From positions 7,440,001 through 7,504,000 of the forward strand of contig OZ004614.1 in the NCBI GenBank assembly GCA_963924565.1: a stretch of 64,000 bases of DNA, in the 5' to 3' direction. Source of the stretch: Ascidiella aspersa (taxonomy: Eukaryota). Below the pieces are notes generated by a model. The model had not been told where the DNA came from. It made no database searches and saw nothing but the letters and a program-made list of their open reading frames with translations. A program made the position numbers and the translations under genes. This document shows, piece after piece, positions 25,001 through 37,297 of this stretch. Every line of letters starts with the position of its first letter. Positions within the stretch are counted from its first letter, which is position 1.

Positions 25001-28000
25001 CGCGTTGAGATCGGCCGCGATAACGAGCACTGTATCGGACTTCCGATCTTTTTGCAGCTTGTCGGAGCAAGCGCTTTTGTTTGGAAAGATCACATTTTAT
25101 TTTTTATCCATCCATGACGAGACAAGATTATTTTTAGACTGCCTTTTTAGAAGATGCGATTTATTTTGGGATCAGTTGTAATGCAACACAAAGAATATCG
25201 AGTTAAAAAAAGTAAAAAAATCTAATAAATGGATTTCTCACTTTTTCTTATGTAGCGCGTTTATTGAGTAAAAGAACGAGTTTTTTCTTTAAATCATAAT
25301 TTATTTTCATAAAAATAAAATGAATTTTGGAACAGTAAATGTAAACAATTTTTTTTGTTTTATTTTTCTTGTTTTTGTGAATGATATTTGGTCCCATAAA
25401 TTTTTGGCCAAATAACGATCCACCTAAAAAACTACTATCGAAAACAGATGTTTTCGCACCTGCTTCGACGTTTGGCTGACGGGGAGACTTTTTTCCGAGT
25501 TTTTTTTTTAATACCACAATTTATTTCTATAAAAACATAAAATTTTTGGGAACAGTAAATGCAATTAGGGATTGCTCAATTTGTTTTTGTAGGTTCTCTT
25601 GTACTGTGAATATATATTTGGTCCCACATACGGCCTACAAAATTACAATTCCCGTAAAAAATTACTATAAAAAACAGACGTTTCCGCACCTGCTTCTACG
25701 CTTGGCAGACGGGGAGACTTTTTTCCGTCGCTGCTGCTGCTGGGTTTTGTGCAGAGCGAAGGCTACAGAGGCGGGGTCGCCTGCCAACTTGCTTTGCATC
25801 TGGAAAGCGAAAGAAAAGGTGTGAAATTGCGAAGCACGACGAAACGCTCTTGTCCTAATTTTCACAAAAACTTACGTGTGCCACAGTAACACAGTAATCA
25901 TATAAGGGGGTGAAATTTAGTCTAACAGTGGTTCATTACAGTTTAAGTTTTCTGCTTTATATCGGTTAAGGCTCGGTTTTGATACACAAAGCCTTTCGTT
26001 ATTATTTCACAAATAAGAAAAACTAAAGTTGCAACTTACTGTGCGTGTTTCGTGCGGATTAAAATTTTCCGAAATAACAAAGTGCGAAAGGTTCTTTTAA
26101 GGTTGAAAATCACTAATTTAAACTATTTATAAAAAAAACAGTAGGTAGGATTTTAAGCAAAGTTTATTAAAACAAGACGCAAAAGCAAATAAAAAACAAA
26201 AGCCAACAATAAAAAGGGTTACATCACAAAAACTATTAGCAGATTTGGTACTTTTGCCGTATATAGTCCGCGTATTCCTGCTGCTAAATGGTCGGGTGCC
26301 ATCTGCAAGGCATTTGCGGTGGGCGTTAGTCAAACCGCCTTGACAGTTCTGACAGGCGCAACAAACATGCGTAGGGGGTAGGGGAGGGTTTTGGCAGCAG
26401 TCAAGGGCGCTGCGGCGGCGGGTGGCATTTTTGAAACGGATGCAATTCGTTCCGAGCAAACCTCAATACGCTGGTTTAACACAAACAGTCTTTTTACGAA
26501 TTAATTGAAGTGTCTTGCCTTTTAATACAGAACGGCGATTGATTCTGTTGATTTCGAAGTGGATTCGTTCTGTTTTGTTGTTGCTCGCACAACCCGTACA
26601 AAGCAATGGCGTTTTACAGATTTTCAACAATGTTCTGTACAGTAAGTATTCCCTGTATGTTTATTAGGCCAATTGCATTGGCAGTAAACCTGATAAAGAC
26701 CGCCTTGATATGGGATGCGTCTTCGAAAAGTTGGGAGGAAAATACGCAAAAGCTAATAGAGCTGTTTAAACTCACTGATTAAGTATATGACTGTGTGTGC
26801 GTGCGTCCTGTGCGTGTATAATCTTCGAATTTGGGACAGCGTGCATATTTTCCCGCACGTGTGTTTATTCGCCGACCAAAACGAAAACTTTCGCGATTGC
26901 GTTTTACGGATTTTAAACGACTATAGAGTAAGTATTTACTGTATGTTTGTTCATAAGGCCTAAATTCTTAGTCTTAGCAATCCTGAACATTTACTGTGTG
27001 TTTATAAGGCCTAAATTCATAGTGTTAGCAATCCTGAATATTTACTGTATGTTTATAAGGCCTAAATTCATAGTGTTAGCAATCCTGAACATTTACTGTG
27101 TGTTTATAAGGCCTAAATTCTTAATGTTAGCAATACTGATAAAGAAAAAAACCCGGATAATGGATACGTCGTCAAAAAGTTGGAGGTACACGACAATAGT
27201 CAGATGTTCTGACAGATTAAGTAATTCCTGTATGTTTATAAGACCATTTGCATTGCCAGTAACACTGATGAAGCGATTTGAATAGGTCTTCGCAAAATTT
27301 GAAGGTAAAAAAAAAACAGATTAAGTATCGTGTGCGCGTGCGACGTGCGTGTATAATCACCGGATTCCAGACAACGTGCATATTATTTTTCCGCAGGTGT
27401 GTTTATTTGTCGACCGAAAACGAAAACTTTCGCAATCTTCTGGTTCTCGAAATCACGGCATGCGACCGGCGGCTTTGTATACGCAACGCCTTAACGCAAA
27501 TATACAGATCAGCACGCGATATAAGGCTTATCTGCTTTAGATGGAGCTTCGTCACTCGCTAATTTAAAACCAACCGACCCGGGGTTAATTTCTGCGACCG
27601 GCTGATAGGACACGCGTTTTAATCAAATGTCAAGCTTGTTGCCACCGCTCAGGTCATTGGTTCCCAAAGTGGGATTCGGTAAGTGTTATCAGGTGGTCTC
27701 CGATTTAAACGATCTTTGTCTAAAATTTTTTTCCCAAGTTAAATAACTGAATAAATAAAACAAGTGAACCTATCTTTTAAAATTTTCTATCTATTTGTTT
27801 ATCTTATGATTTCTTTCATTGCGCAAAATATCATTTTTATGGTAGTTTAAATTATTTTACAGAAGGGGCCGTAGGTCGATAAAAAAGTGCAAAGGGGTCC
27901 GCCATAAAAACGATTTAGAAAAGACTGAGAACCACTGACTGAGAGGAATTCCGTTTTGGCGAAGTCGAGTTCAGTTTTAATTTTGACCAAAACGTGGAAA

Positions 28001-31000
28001 AAATGAGATTCAAATCAATATTTAACGAACGGCCAAAAACAAGGATGGCAATCGAATTTGAACCATATTTTCCAGCAATACTCCTTTTGAGGTTTATACA
28101 GTACGAGCGTAAAATACAAATGCAAAATACATAAAAAATCTTAGAGGTTTTGGATGTGAATGACGTATGCGGTGACGTCACAACTGCCGGGGGCGCAGGT
28201 CGCCGACCAGGCAAGTGTCCGCGAAATTACTCGGACCGAAACGCAAGCGCCAGGAATAGCGTATGACGCGGGCCCCTGTGTATAAATATGCGGGTGCGCG
28301 TGTAAGCATTTAAATCTACCTGGATGCAGAAAAGTAACCAAGGCCCGAAGCGTCTCGTACGAAAAGAACAGCGTAAACACAAATATACAGAGAACGGCCG
28401 CTGTGTATGCGTGGCTGTTATCCCAACGGACTGAACAATAAGCTGGTTGTGGCAAGGTCGGGTGGCCGGTCAAACGTGGCCAATATTTTCTACGTGTCCG
28501 TCGTTTTTATCGGCGGGATTATCGTCGTCTCTTTGGGCGTAAATTCACGTTTAATCAGCGTAATACACAGCTGCTGTGGCTACGATCAGGTGTTATTTTA
28601 AGAACCTGGTCAGAATGTAGATTTGGGCGGCTGGGAATAATAAAAGCAAATATTTTTTGCAAATTAGTTATAGTTGCCGAATCTCAAAGAAACTAAAACT
28701 GGACTTATTTTAATCCAAGTTTCTTCACAAATTGGAAAAAAAAAATTGGACTTATTAAATCGAGTTCCTCCACAAATTAAAAAAAAATCATAATAATTCT
28801 GTGTTTCTAAAATAATTTGTTGGACTAAAAATTTGGTCTGAATTCGTTAAAACGGCCCGTCGTTTAAATAATTATTATCTAACTCGGAATTAGGTTACTT
28901 ATTCAAAATAACATTGAAAAAAAATTGGTTGCCTTGATTTCTAATACATTAAATAATAAGTAAAAAAACTGTAGGTTTAGTTTTGGGGGTTTGCCATGCA
29001 AAATTGCCTTAAATCAATTGGGTAGGTAATAAAATAGTGTAACAAATGTACGGCTAAAGACTTGACTGATATTTAAAAAGACTTTAAGTGGGTCGTTTGC
29101 AAACATGATGGCTTGAACAGGAAAAACAAAATTTGTTAAAAAAATCTAGAAAAAATGTAAAATACCATGTCTTGTACATTATTATTTTTTTATATACTGT
29201 TAACCTGACGTGGTTTATATTCAGCACGTTACGTGTTGTAACCGAAATCACAATGCACCAGGATATTAGTTAAATATTCATCGGCTACTGTGCAAAACGC
29301 AGACAAACAAGCGACTTACCGTGATCTGGGAAATGTGCTGGAGCGTCGTAAGGCCGTGCTGGCAGTTGGGGTCGAATAGGGTGGTCGTTGGCGCCGGGGG
29401 TGCAGGGCTGGGGGTGGCGGCGTGATGGGGCGCCACGTAGTGGAGGTGGCGTAGCAGGAGGTTGGGCGACAAGTAGTCGCCACCGGAGGGCAGCAGATGC
29501 GCCTGGGCTTCTTGAGGTAAAACGGGAAGAATCTAAAGGGAGAACGTGAAAAAATGATTAGTGTCTCGATTTGTTTTGCCGCTTAGGGGGACTTCGATCA
29601 CAGGATGGAGATTTCCACGCTAATAATCTCATACGGTAGTGGTGGAAAATTCTATTTAATAAGTTTGGTTTAGGTGGCTTTTACCACGCTTTTAGGATCA
29701 CAGGCTGGAGATTTCCACGCTGTAAATCTTATGTTGGTGGAATTTAATTTTTTACCAATTTGCAACCCAAGGTAGATTATTACAATCTCTAAATTTTACA
29801 GTGATGGCATATAGTTTAGTTGAATGTAGAACTGGTGTGACCGAGTCAAGTGGTCGAATCTTACTGCTGGCTTGGCTGCAGAAACATCCTTAATTTTATT
29901 CAGACATTCTATTACAAGGCTCCATGCAGTGTAGGCAAAAACCGTGTTTAGATTTACGGACAAAATTCTATCTTATAAACATATTTCCTTTAGGTTCTGT
30001 TCTAAATCAGAACTTACTATTTGTTTTTGTTTAATTATAAGATTCTATCCATAGACCTGGTGCCAAACGACCGATGGAATTGAGTTGTTTGTTTTGTACT
30101 GTGGCTCACACACATTGGTAAGAGGCCCTAAAATAGTGACCGTGGGCGGTTTGAATTATTTACCAGCAGCCATTTTAACTGTGCGGACTGAGGTGACACG
30201 TATATAGAATTTTAAACTAGGTCCTTGCGCCGTAAGCTCCAGGTAAAAATGATAGGGAAAACATATATATGTATATCTGGGAGAAATAGCGAACGTCATG
30301 AAAAGATATTGTGGTAACGCTTTAATTAAATCCTGGTTTGTGTTTCAGATGTTTACTCGTGTGTTTATATTTCCTTTTTTTTAGTTTTAAAGTAAAGTGG
30401 TTAACTCGTGCGGTAGACAGATTTCGATAGTTCTGCCTTTCTTACCACAAAAGTCTCGAAAAACAAAATCTTTGAAAACAATATCTTAAGTTCAACATTT
30501 GCATAACATACGGATATAGGACAAAGAGCAACGGATCAGCTCCCAGGCGTATTTATAACTGTTCGTTGTTATTACAGTGGCCATTATGCTGGCCCGAAGC
30601 GTCTCAGTATCATCCTACGTAAATGCTCCGGTCTTCCTGCGATATTTAAATAGCTCGTGGTCGCGCTATTTTGAATCGAGAGCCTCGTATATGCTCATCA
30701 GGACAGACAACAGTCGGCCAGTTTGCATAAGCCCCTTTACAATCGGCAACCTTTTCCTGGACTCTATAGGCATTAACGTCGGAATACAACACAGTTCGAA
30801 ATAAGAAAAAGATCAGCCCAAAACCAAAACCTTATAGTCGTAATATTGTCTAAATCGGAAAGTCCTAAACCCATTTTGGTCATTTAGGCCTTATCTAAAT
30901 AAATTTAAGACTTATTCCCACAGGTTTATGTCTTATTCGATCGATTAAGTTCTTAATCTGTCGTGGATATTAGTGCGTATTTGGCTTTATTATGTCGTTG

Positions 31001-34000
31001 GTATTAAAGTATACTTTTTATAGATTTCTTTGCTTTAGATATTGTTGCTTTTCAAGTCTTGTTGTGCGTTCCTCCATTTTTCCTACCTTGTTTGGGTGCT
31101 ATTTTTGTACGTTGTGCTGCTTGAATTTTTGTGGGTATTTTTACGTTTAAAGCGGCTAACCCGAAGACCGCGAAAAAAGGGCTAAAGAATATGGTATGCG
31201 ATTAAAGTCTTGCGCAATCTAAAGCTACTATGTAAATGTGAACATCGTTTGTCGTGTCTACTTTTAAACCAAATTCAACCTACGCTAATCAAGTATAGCA
31301 ATATGCAAATGCAACTTGATACAAAAAGGTGTTTCAAAGAGCAACGGAAAAACATTCAGGATGGCTATAAAGGTCACGTTTTATATACAACTACCGCAAG
31401 TCCTATATCACAACCTTTTTAGAGAAATCTGCAGGCCAATATAGTTTTGAGGGTGTGATTTTTGGGACGACAGCTTTTCGTTTGGGCAAGCCTACAAGTA
31501 TTTCACCACACGACACGCTTAAGTCATAATATCCTATTTTTAAAACCACTGGGTAACTGCTTTAAAACTCAAAAAACAATAAATTATATTTAAATGAAAA
31601 GCTTGATCGGTAATAATCAATAGTCCCGTCTCCCGCGCACAGTCGCTACTTTTTAACAGGCGACCTTTTTAAATAAACTTTAGTTTTATATCAGGGGTTA
31701 AATTATGAAAGAGTTTGAGAAGCACTGCATTATTTTTTAGTTTATATAAAAGGGCGTATCTTAATGAAGTCCACTACTTGTCGAAAAAAATAAATAAATG
31801 TCTGATCCTAATTTTTAACTCGGGAATTTTAAACATTTAGTTTAATTGTTTTCAGGTATAATTTGCAATACTGTATTTTTCGAACAGGCCAAATTTCGCT
31901 ACAGCGATTTCGGCGCTCACCTGCTGGGGGGCGGCAGCGGGGTGCAACATCACGTGGCCAGCGGCGCCGGTGGGTGACACGATCATCTGGGGCTGGTGGG
32001 GCTGTCCCGACAGGACGGGGTGAAGCAGCTGTTGCTGGGGCTTTCCCACTGACGAAACGTCGTGATGATACGTCAAGGCTGGCGGGTAGAAGGCAGGCAG
32101 CCAAATAGTGGAGGCGAGCTGTCGGGAAAAGAAAATATTTCAATTAGGCCTTCATGTTCATAAGCCCCTAAAAGTAAGGTTCAATAACGAAGAAGACACG
32201 ACCATGATCTAGTCAATTGTTTCGATGGTTATATAAATGCGAGAGGGATGTCAATACTTTTATTTTAATCTGATACCCCATAGTTTATAATTCCAGAGAA
32301 AAGTATACAACAGTCTGATCTAATAAAAAGTTACGTCATTACTATGACTATATATAGGCAAAATTTGTCTACTTGTAAAGTGCAATGGTAATTATATGCA
32401 TTCTTAAGGTTAGTAAACTCGAATTTGCTGTTTCATTAGGAAAATTTTGCCTTAAATTTTTTTGATTGAAAATTCACCTTTCAAAAACAAAACAAAAAAT
32501 ACGTTCGCCAACCAAGGCTAAAAACTTCACAATTTCATTTGGTGTCGAATTGGCAGCGATTCTACCCGAGTATTGCATGATTAGGACACTATCACTTAAT
32601 ATCAGGCACCGGCTTCGATATTTTAAGACATCCCTATATTTCTGTTATCTGGAAAAAGGTCCGGAAAAACAGCTTACGTATCATTTGGTCAAAAAGCAGC
32701 TTCAGAAGGGTTAGATCACAGTTGTTGACATACACATATGTGTTATTGTGTGTGCATGTTTAATTAAATAATCATAAGGTACTGTAGATCCCCTTCAATG
32801 TGAAGTTGCTTATACCAACAGAATGTAGGAAATCGTCAGGCGTACAGGTGCACGGAGGTGGCCCGTCAATGAAACACGATAAAGCAAACCAAAACCAGGG
32901 GATTACGGCTTCCTACATGCGATCCCATCCAGATTGCACCGCTTTACTGGCGCTCAAGGCCTACAGTTTCTCCCTTCCGTAATGCTGTCGATGTAAGGCT
33001 CCCAACAAACTGCCGAGTTTCATAACGGCGGTTATCGCTCGCGGCTCTGGCGTGTTTATTGACACCCAAACTTTGGCCGTCACGTTGAGCGGCCGTTTAA
33101 GGAGCTTATACCGAGATTCGCCCGGGGATTTTGCCAGCGGAGAAAGTGCGCAGCGATCACGGTGCTTCGATTTGTTTAAACGCGCCAACCGCCGCCGTAT
33201 GTTTACCTTCAGTGCTCCGGTTTATAAAAAGGGCGTCGTGTGTTGCTAAACATTTTGATGCAGCGCCTTCCAAGAAAATCAGTCGGGATTTCAAAGAGAC
33301 GTGCTGTTTTCAAACCTTGACGTTTGTTACCTGTTCTTTTAATTTAAAACAGGGCACAGCCCCTGCTTACACGGCGAACCCCAGGAATAAGGCATTATAA
33401 TTAAATCATCGTTAATAACTGTAGCGTACAATTTTTAGCATCTTTTAACGCTACATTGTAAAATGAAAATCATTTCACAAAACAGTCCATTTCTCACGAC
33501 ATTTTAAAACGTCGTAAAGTGCCGTGCGCGTGGGTCAAGCAAAATTACCATGTTCTAATCTCCGCCAGCCACGTACTTTCAAAAAATCATCGTTAGCCGT
33601 CAACACCTCTTACCACCCATTACCCAACGCTAACCCATAAGGGCAAACCGGTGCCAAAACAGCGGCGCTCACCTGTCGATACCAGAACGACCGACGTTAG
33701 AAAGACCCATGATAATAGATTCTCTCTCTACGGCTTTAAATGTTATTTGGGCTATTTAGATTTTATTTCGATTCAGACTTATTCCGAAATGTTTGGACTA
33801 CGGCGTGTTTCGTTTTCATTATGTTGTTGGTCATAATGTTGGGTATTACATAATACTACTTTGGGTATTGTTGCTTTATAAATCTTACTGTGTGTTCCTA
33901 TACTTGGCATCACACAGCTCTATACAAGTGGGTTCACGAAGAAAAAACCTTTAGCGTTCTATTCTTGTTTCCACGTCGCCGGCTGGCCGATTTCGCACCG

Positions 34001-35013
34001 CACAAAAACTCGTCTCGTTATGAAAGGAGGGCTTAATTAAATGATTTAATTATTCGCTTTTCGACTGAATCTCCGGTCACGCGGAGCAGCAACAATAGCG
34101 CTTGCTCGGAGCGGTTTTTCAGCAGTTGTTTGCGACAAAGCAAAGACGAATTTCGGGAATCGGATTGGTTGGTCAACAACTTGACAAGGCAGATAGTTAT
34201 TGATTGCGCGGTTTTAGGCCTCAGCAGCCAATTATAAAATGCGATTCGTTGCCGATTGGCGCACGACATATTGCCTCCGCAAACGCAATTGCGTACAGCC
34301 GTGCCGGCCAAACCGCTTTTTCCACGTCGGCTTTAATTGCCCGGACAGCAATACGCGAGCTCTGTGGACCAAGATCAATAACAACGGTACGCAGTCGTAA
34401 TAGGCAACATATTGCAATCTAATACACTTGGCCCTCACGGATCTGACCGGGAACACCTTTCTCAGAATATTACTTTAGATTTTAAGCAATTAGGTCGACC
34501 CTCCGTTTTCTAAATCCCTTTGTATTCTAACGTTGAACCCTTTTTGTTTTAAATGTACGGTAATGTATATTTTCGTCGATTTTTTAAGTTTTGCTTTAAT
34601 TCTAATGCGGTTATTAAGCGATTTTTTTTATCCCGCTTTGATTACATTATATATAGTTCCACTTATATATTTCTCGGCTGTGTCTTGACATTTAATATGG
34701 CATCCACATCCCGTTTTCCCGTTTTACTGCTTCCCAAAAAAAAACGATTGTTTTTCAAATGGTCGCAAAAACTGACCGGCGGTTGACTAATAACACAAAT
34801 TGAAAACAAAATATTTCTGAAAAAAGCAAGGCCTCGTCAGTGGTACAGCTGTCGTAGACAAGCAAGTCACCACTACTAGTGGCTCTTTTGGGGGAAGGTT
34901 TCGAACCCATGGACTCCTATTTTAAATCCTTTCAAATTATATCGACCAGCGGTCTTGCGCTGCATAAAAATCGAGAAATCGAACTTTCGTCTCCACCTCA
35001 CCTGGGTTTCCAT
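19006..35013 (-). CDS. Uncharacterised 266-aa Pro/Gln/His-rich protein with basic NLS-like motif and amphipathic helix (possible nuclear regulator)
   Basis: Exons 35002-35013 (METQ|GTGAG), 31921-32118 (LASTIWLPAFYPP...AAAPQQ), 29320-29532 (ILPVLPQE...QHISQIT), 25690-25799 (MQSKLAG...QQQQRRKKVSPSAKRRS), 22632-22730 (RLRLIAFLEAKKEKC...), 19006-19174 (SFTESGEV...QRLVAGL*). All junctions are GT-AG with pyrimidine tracts. Phases 0,0,0,2,2, total 801 nt. Exons are GC-rich against AT-rich introns. The start exon is the least certain part. Confidence 0.8.
19851..20462. mobile_element. hAT (Charlie/Buster-like) MITE
   Basis: TIR CAGTGATTCCCAAAC / GTTTGGGAACCACTG; perfect TSD CTCTATAT; subterminal palindrome CGCGTACCACCGGTGGTACGCG. 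Confidence 0.9.
21141..21626. mobile_element. hAT-type MITE, family B (TIR CAGACTTGGACA, internal TTCTA/TCTAA repeats)
   Basis: TIR CAGACTTGGACA / TGTCTAAGTCTG; perfect 8-bp TSD CTTACAAA. Confidence 0.9.
22799..23133. mobile_element. Nested degenerate hAT MITEs
   Basis: Left end CAGTGGTTCTTAAAC at 22799, a second left end (CGTGTTCTTAAACC) at ~22845, and a right end GGTTAAGAACCCCTG at 23133. Confidence 0.6.
25300..25726. repeat. ~230-bp tandem duplication including an exon 3' end and its splice donor
   Basis: 25441-25497 copies 25671-25727; GGAACAGTAAATG and ATATTTGGTCCCA are also duplicated. Confidence 0.85.
26640..27440. repeat. Local duplication with a 51-bp minisatellite (x4, ~26930-27140) between the copies
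   Basis: Unit TTTATAAGGCCTAAATTCATAGTGTTAGCAATCCTGAACATTTACTGTGTG; 26640-26900 resembles 27215-27437. Confidence 0.85.
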
Positions 35014-35794
35014 GATTTCCAAACGCCGACGAATCTTTGGGGCGATTATTCAGCGAAAAGCCAACAACGGTACGGTTCCAAATCACGCCACTTGTGCTTA
35101 TACGGCAGTTTTGTAAGACGGCGTGTGCTGTACAGAAGTTATTGCAGCTGCAGCAGCAGATTTTTTCCCAATTTCTACACGAGCCTTTGCTTACCGCACA
35201 TTCCTGTTCAAAACAAACAAGAAAAGGAGTGAGTCGGGTCAGGTCGTTTACAAGACACGGAATGGTTGTAAAGCAGTGCTTCTTAAACTTTTTTCGTTTT
35301 GTTCACCCCTAGCATCTATCTCCAGATTTCCTTCACCCCTGTTTCATGATGTGATAAGACTATCTCGTCTATATATACTGAAACAGGTTGAACACCCGGA
35401 ATATCCGCCCTGCTCGCAAGCTATCAACCATTTCTGACGGTTCACCCTTATTCACCTCTTTCAATTGGTTGACCCCTACAAAAATGTTATCCTTCCTGTG
35501 ATGAACCATTCACCTGATTAGTAAACACTGATGTAAAATACCGTAGCCACGCGCACGCTCGCGTGATAAAGCCTCTCCTCGCCTGAAAATCAGCTTTTCC
35601 GAGTAACGTTAGGCCAAGATGCGGCGGCGCCTTGAAACGCGAAACGCCAAAAAACGCACCGGTGCCTGTTGACATCAGGGGCCGACGCTCACGATCGTAT
35701 TTAAGCCGCACACAGGAGATTTGGGCGCGCACTTCTTGGTAGAGATTACAGCGTGAAAGCTCTCGGCGCTATCCCGGGCAAGGCGAAAAGCGGA

Positions 35795-36420
35795 TTGGCC
35801 TCGTGGTGCCTGTAATCTCCGCCGTTTGTTTGTTAGCGCTATAGCGCCTCTTGGCACACTGGCATGCGTCGCTTAGAACTTTACTGTGTCCCTGAACATG
35901 AGAATACTAATTCCATTTACAGGCCGTTTCACGGTATCGCTTCCTTTAGGAATTATGTCTGATAAGACAACAGAAAGACGCATTGCAAAAAGCCGAGCTA
36001 TATGGAACAATAAACGCACTTAAAAAACACTTGTGAATAAACCGTCGAAAAAAATGTAAATGTGTGTGTTGCGAATAACACAACAGAAAGACGTATTGCG
36101 AAATTTGCCTTCAGATACGAATGAACAAAATAGTTAAAAATCATAATTTAAACCCATAACAAAGTGTATCTCCGCTATGCCTCGTGGTGCCTGTAATCTC
36201 GGTCATTTGTTCGTAAGCGCGAGCGACCTAGTACCACCGGCACACTGGCCTAAAACGCTTAAAACTTTACAGTGTTCCTGAACAGTCTACTTCCATTTAC
36301 AGGGCATTTTACGGCAATACTGTCGTTCGTTTGGGAATTCTGCCTGATAAGCTAAGATGTTGAACGCATTGCAAAAGTTTGCTTTTATACACGAATAAAC
36401 CAAATATCTAAAAAACAAAT
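35795..36420. repeat. Diverged ~380-bp-period tandem duplication in intron 1 of the 266-aa gene
   Basis: CCTCGTGGTGCCTGTAATCTC, GGCACACTGGC, TTCCATTTACAGG and ACGCATTGCAAAA each occur twice in the same order. Confidence 0.8.
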
Positions 36421-36544
36421 GTTAACCTCGGCAGATTTTAACAAGCTAAAAGTTCAGCGCACAAAAAAGGTTATCTGCAATAAGACTGCTTTCTTACACA
36501 TAACTAAGCAAAAAAAATACCTTCTTCGGTCAGCCTAATCTTAC

Positions 36545-36950
36545 CTTTCTACACCAGGAACTCCAGTTCAATGGAAGACATTTTAAATCAATCTGAATAT
36601 AGATAACAATAAACCGACTGGACCGGACCAAAGCAGCGACTAATTCACAGCGTTGCGTTTTTCGCGCAATCCACAAAAATCCGCCCGGGCTCCAAATAAA
36701 GCGCTTCGCCTCGCAAAACACGGACCTGTGTCGCCGACTCTGCAAATGCGTTTTTATTAAAACGAGCGCGCGCTCGGCCCCTTCGCGTTATGCCGAGGCC
36801 AATCAAATGGTGAGACGCTTTCGCGAAGGAAGCAATCAAAGTGCTAAAATAAACCCGTACTAGCGAACCCTGCTTGCTGATTGGCCGCCGTCAATTCGCG
36901 ACCAAGGCATACGGTGAGCGATTTGACGTCAGCATGGTTCTGTGTGTCGC
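36545..36950 (-). promoter_or_regulatory. Probable promoter and non-coding first exon of the 266-aa gene
   Basis: CpG-rich patch with CCAAT 36799-36803, ATTGG 36880-36884, palindromic CRE TGACGTCA 36924-36931, TATA-like TTAATAAAAA at ~36751-36760 (minus). Perfect donor AAG|GTAAG at 36545 and a matching strong acceptor at 35203. Confidence 0.55.
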
Positions 36951-37297
36951 AAAAAAGTGTCCGCTGCTTTTTGCAGACCTTTTGGCTGGAAGGCGTGCTG
37001 TTTTGGGACAAAACGTGACGTTTGCGAGACCTTTCGGGGTTCAGATGCGTACATCGCATCTTATGGAAACGATCGTATAGTTAACTTAATATAAGTTTAT
37101 TATTTTTTGTTTATTCTGACTGTACCCTTCCTTATGCGGTATCAGTAACACGAAAGAGTATGCATACGAAACAGAATAACCGCTCTGCCGTTTTAAAGCA
37201 TGGTTTTGCAATTTCCTTTATGTTTTTTTAGTGCAAAACACGAAGAAGTTTTTTTTTTCACTCCAAAATACTACATACAATCACGTAGTAATACTAA

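Noticed and set aside
26947-27285. ORF with 17-aa repeats (FIRPKFIVLAILNIYC); array superficially CRISPR-like
   Set aside because: It is the translation of an intronic 51-bp minisatellite. There are no unique spacers or cas genes, and the context is eukaryotic.
29800-30120. tRNA-derived SINE-like A/B boxes (also a B-box-like GGGTTCGAAAC at ~34899-34909)
   Set aside because: Boxes are degenerate, with no cloverleaf and no second copy in the window.
33661-33680. Donor-like CAG|GTGAGCGCCG identical to the exon end at 31921
   Set aside because: Lies inside the dispersed repeat shared with 63420-63500, with no matching acceptor or open exon.
372-36600. Operon-like arrangement of three same-strand genes
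   Set aside because: Genes are separated by kilobases, contain MITEs between them and have separate promoter-like patches; strand agreement alone is weak evidence.
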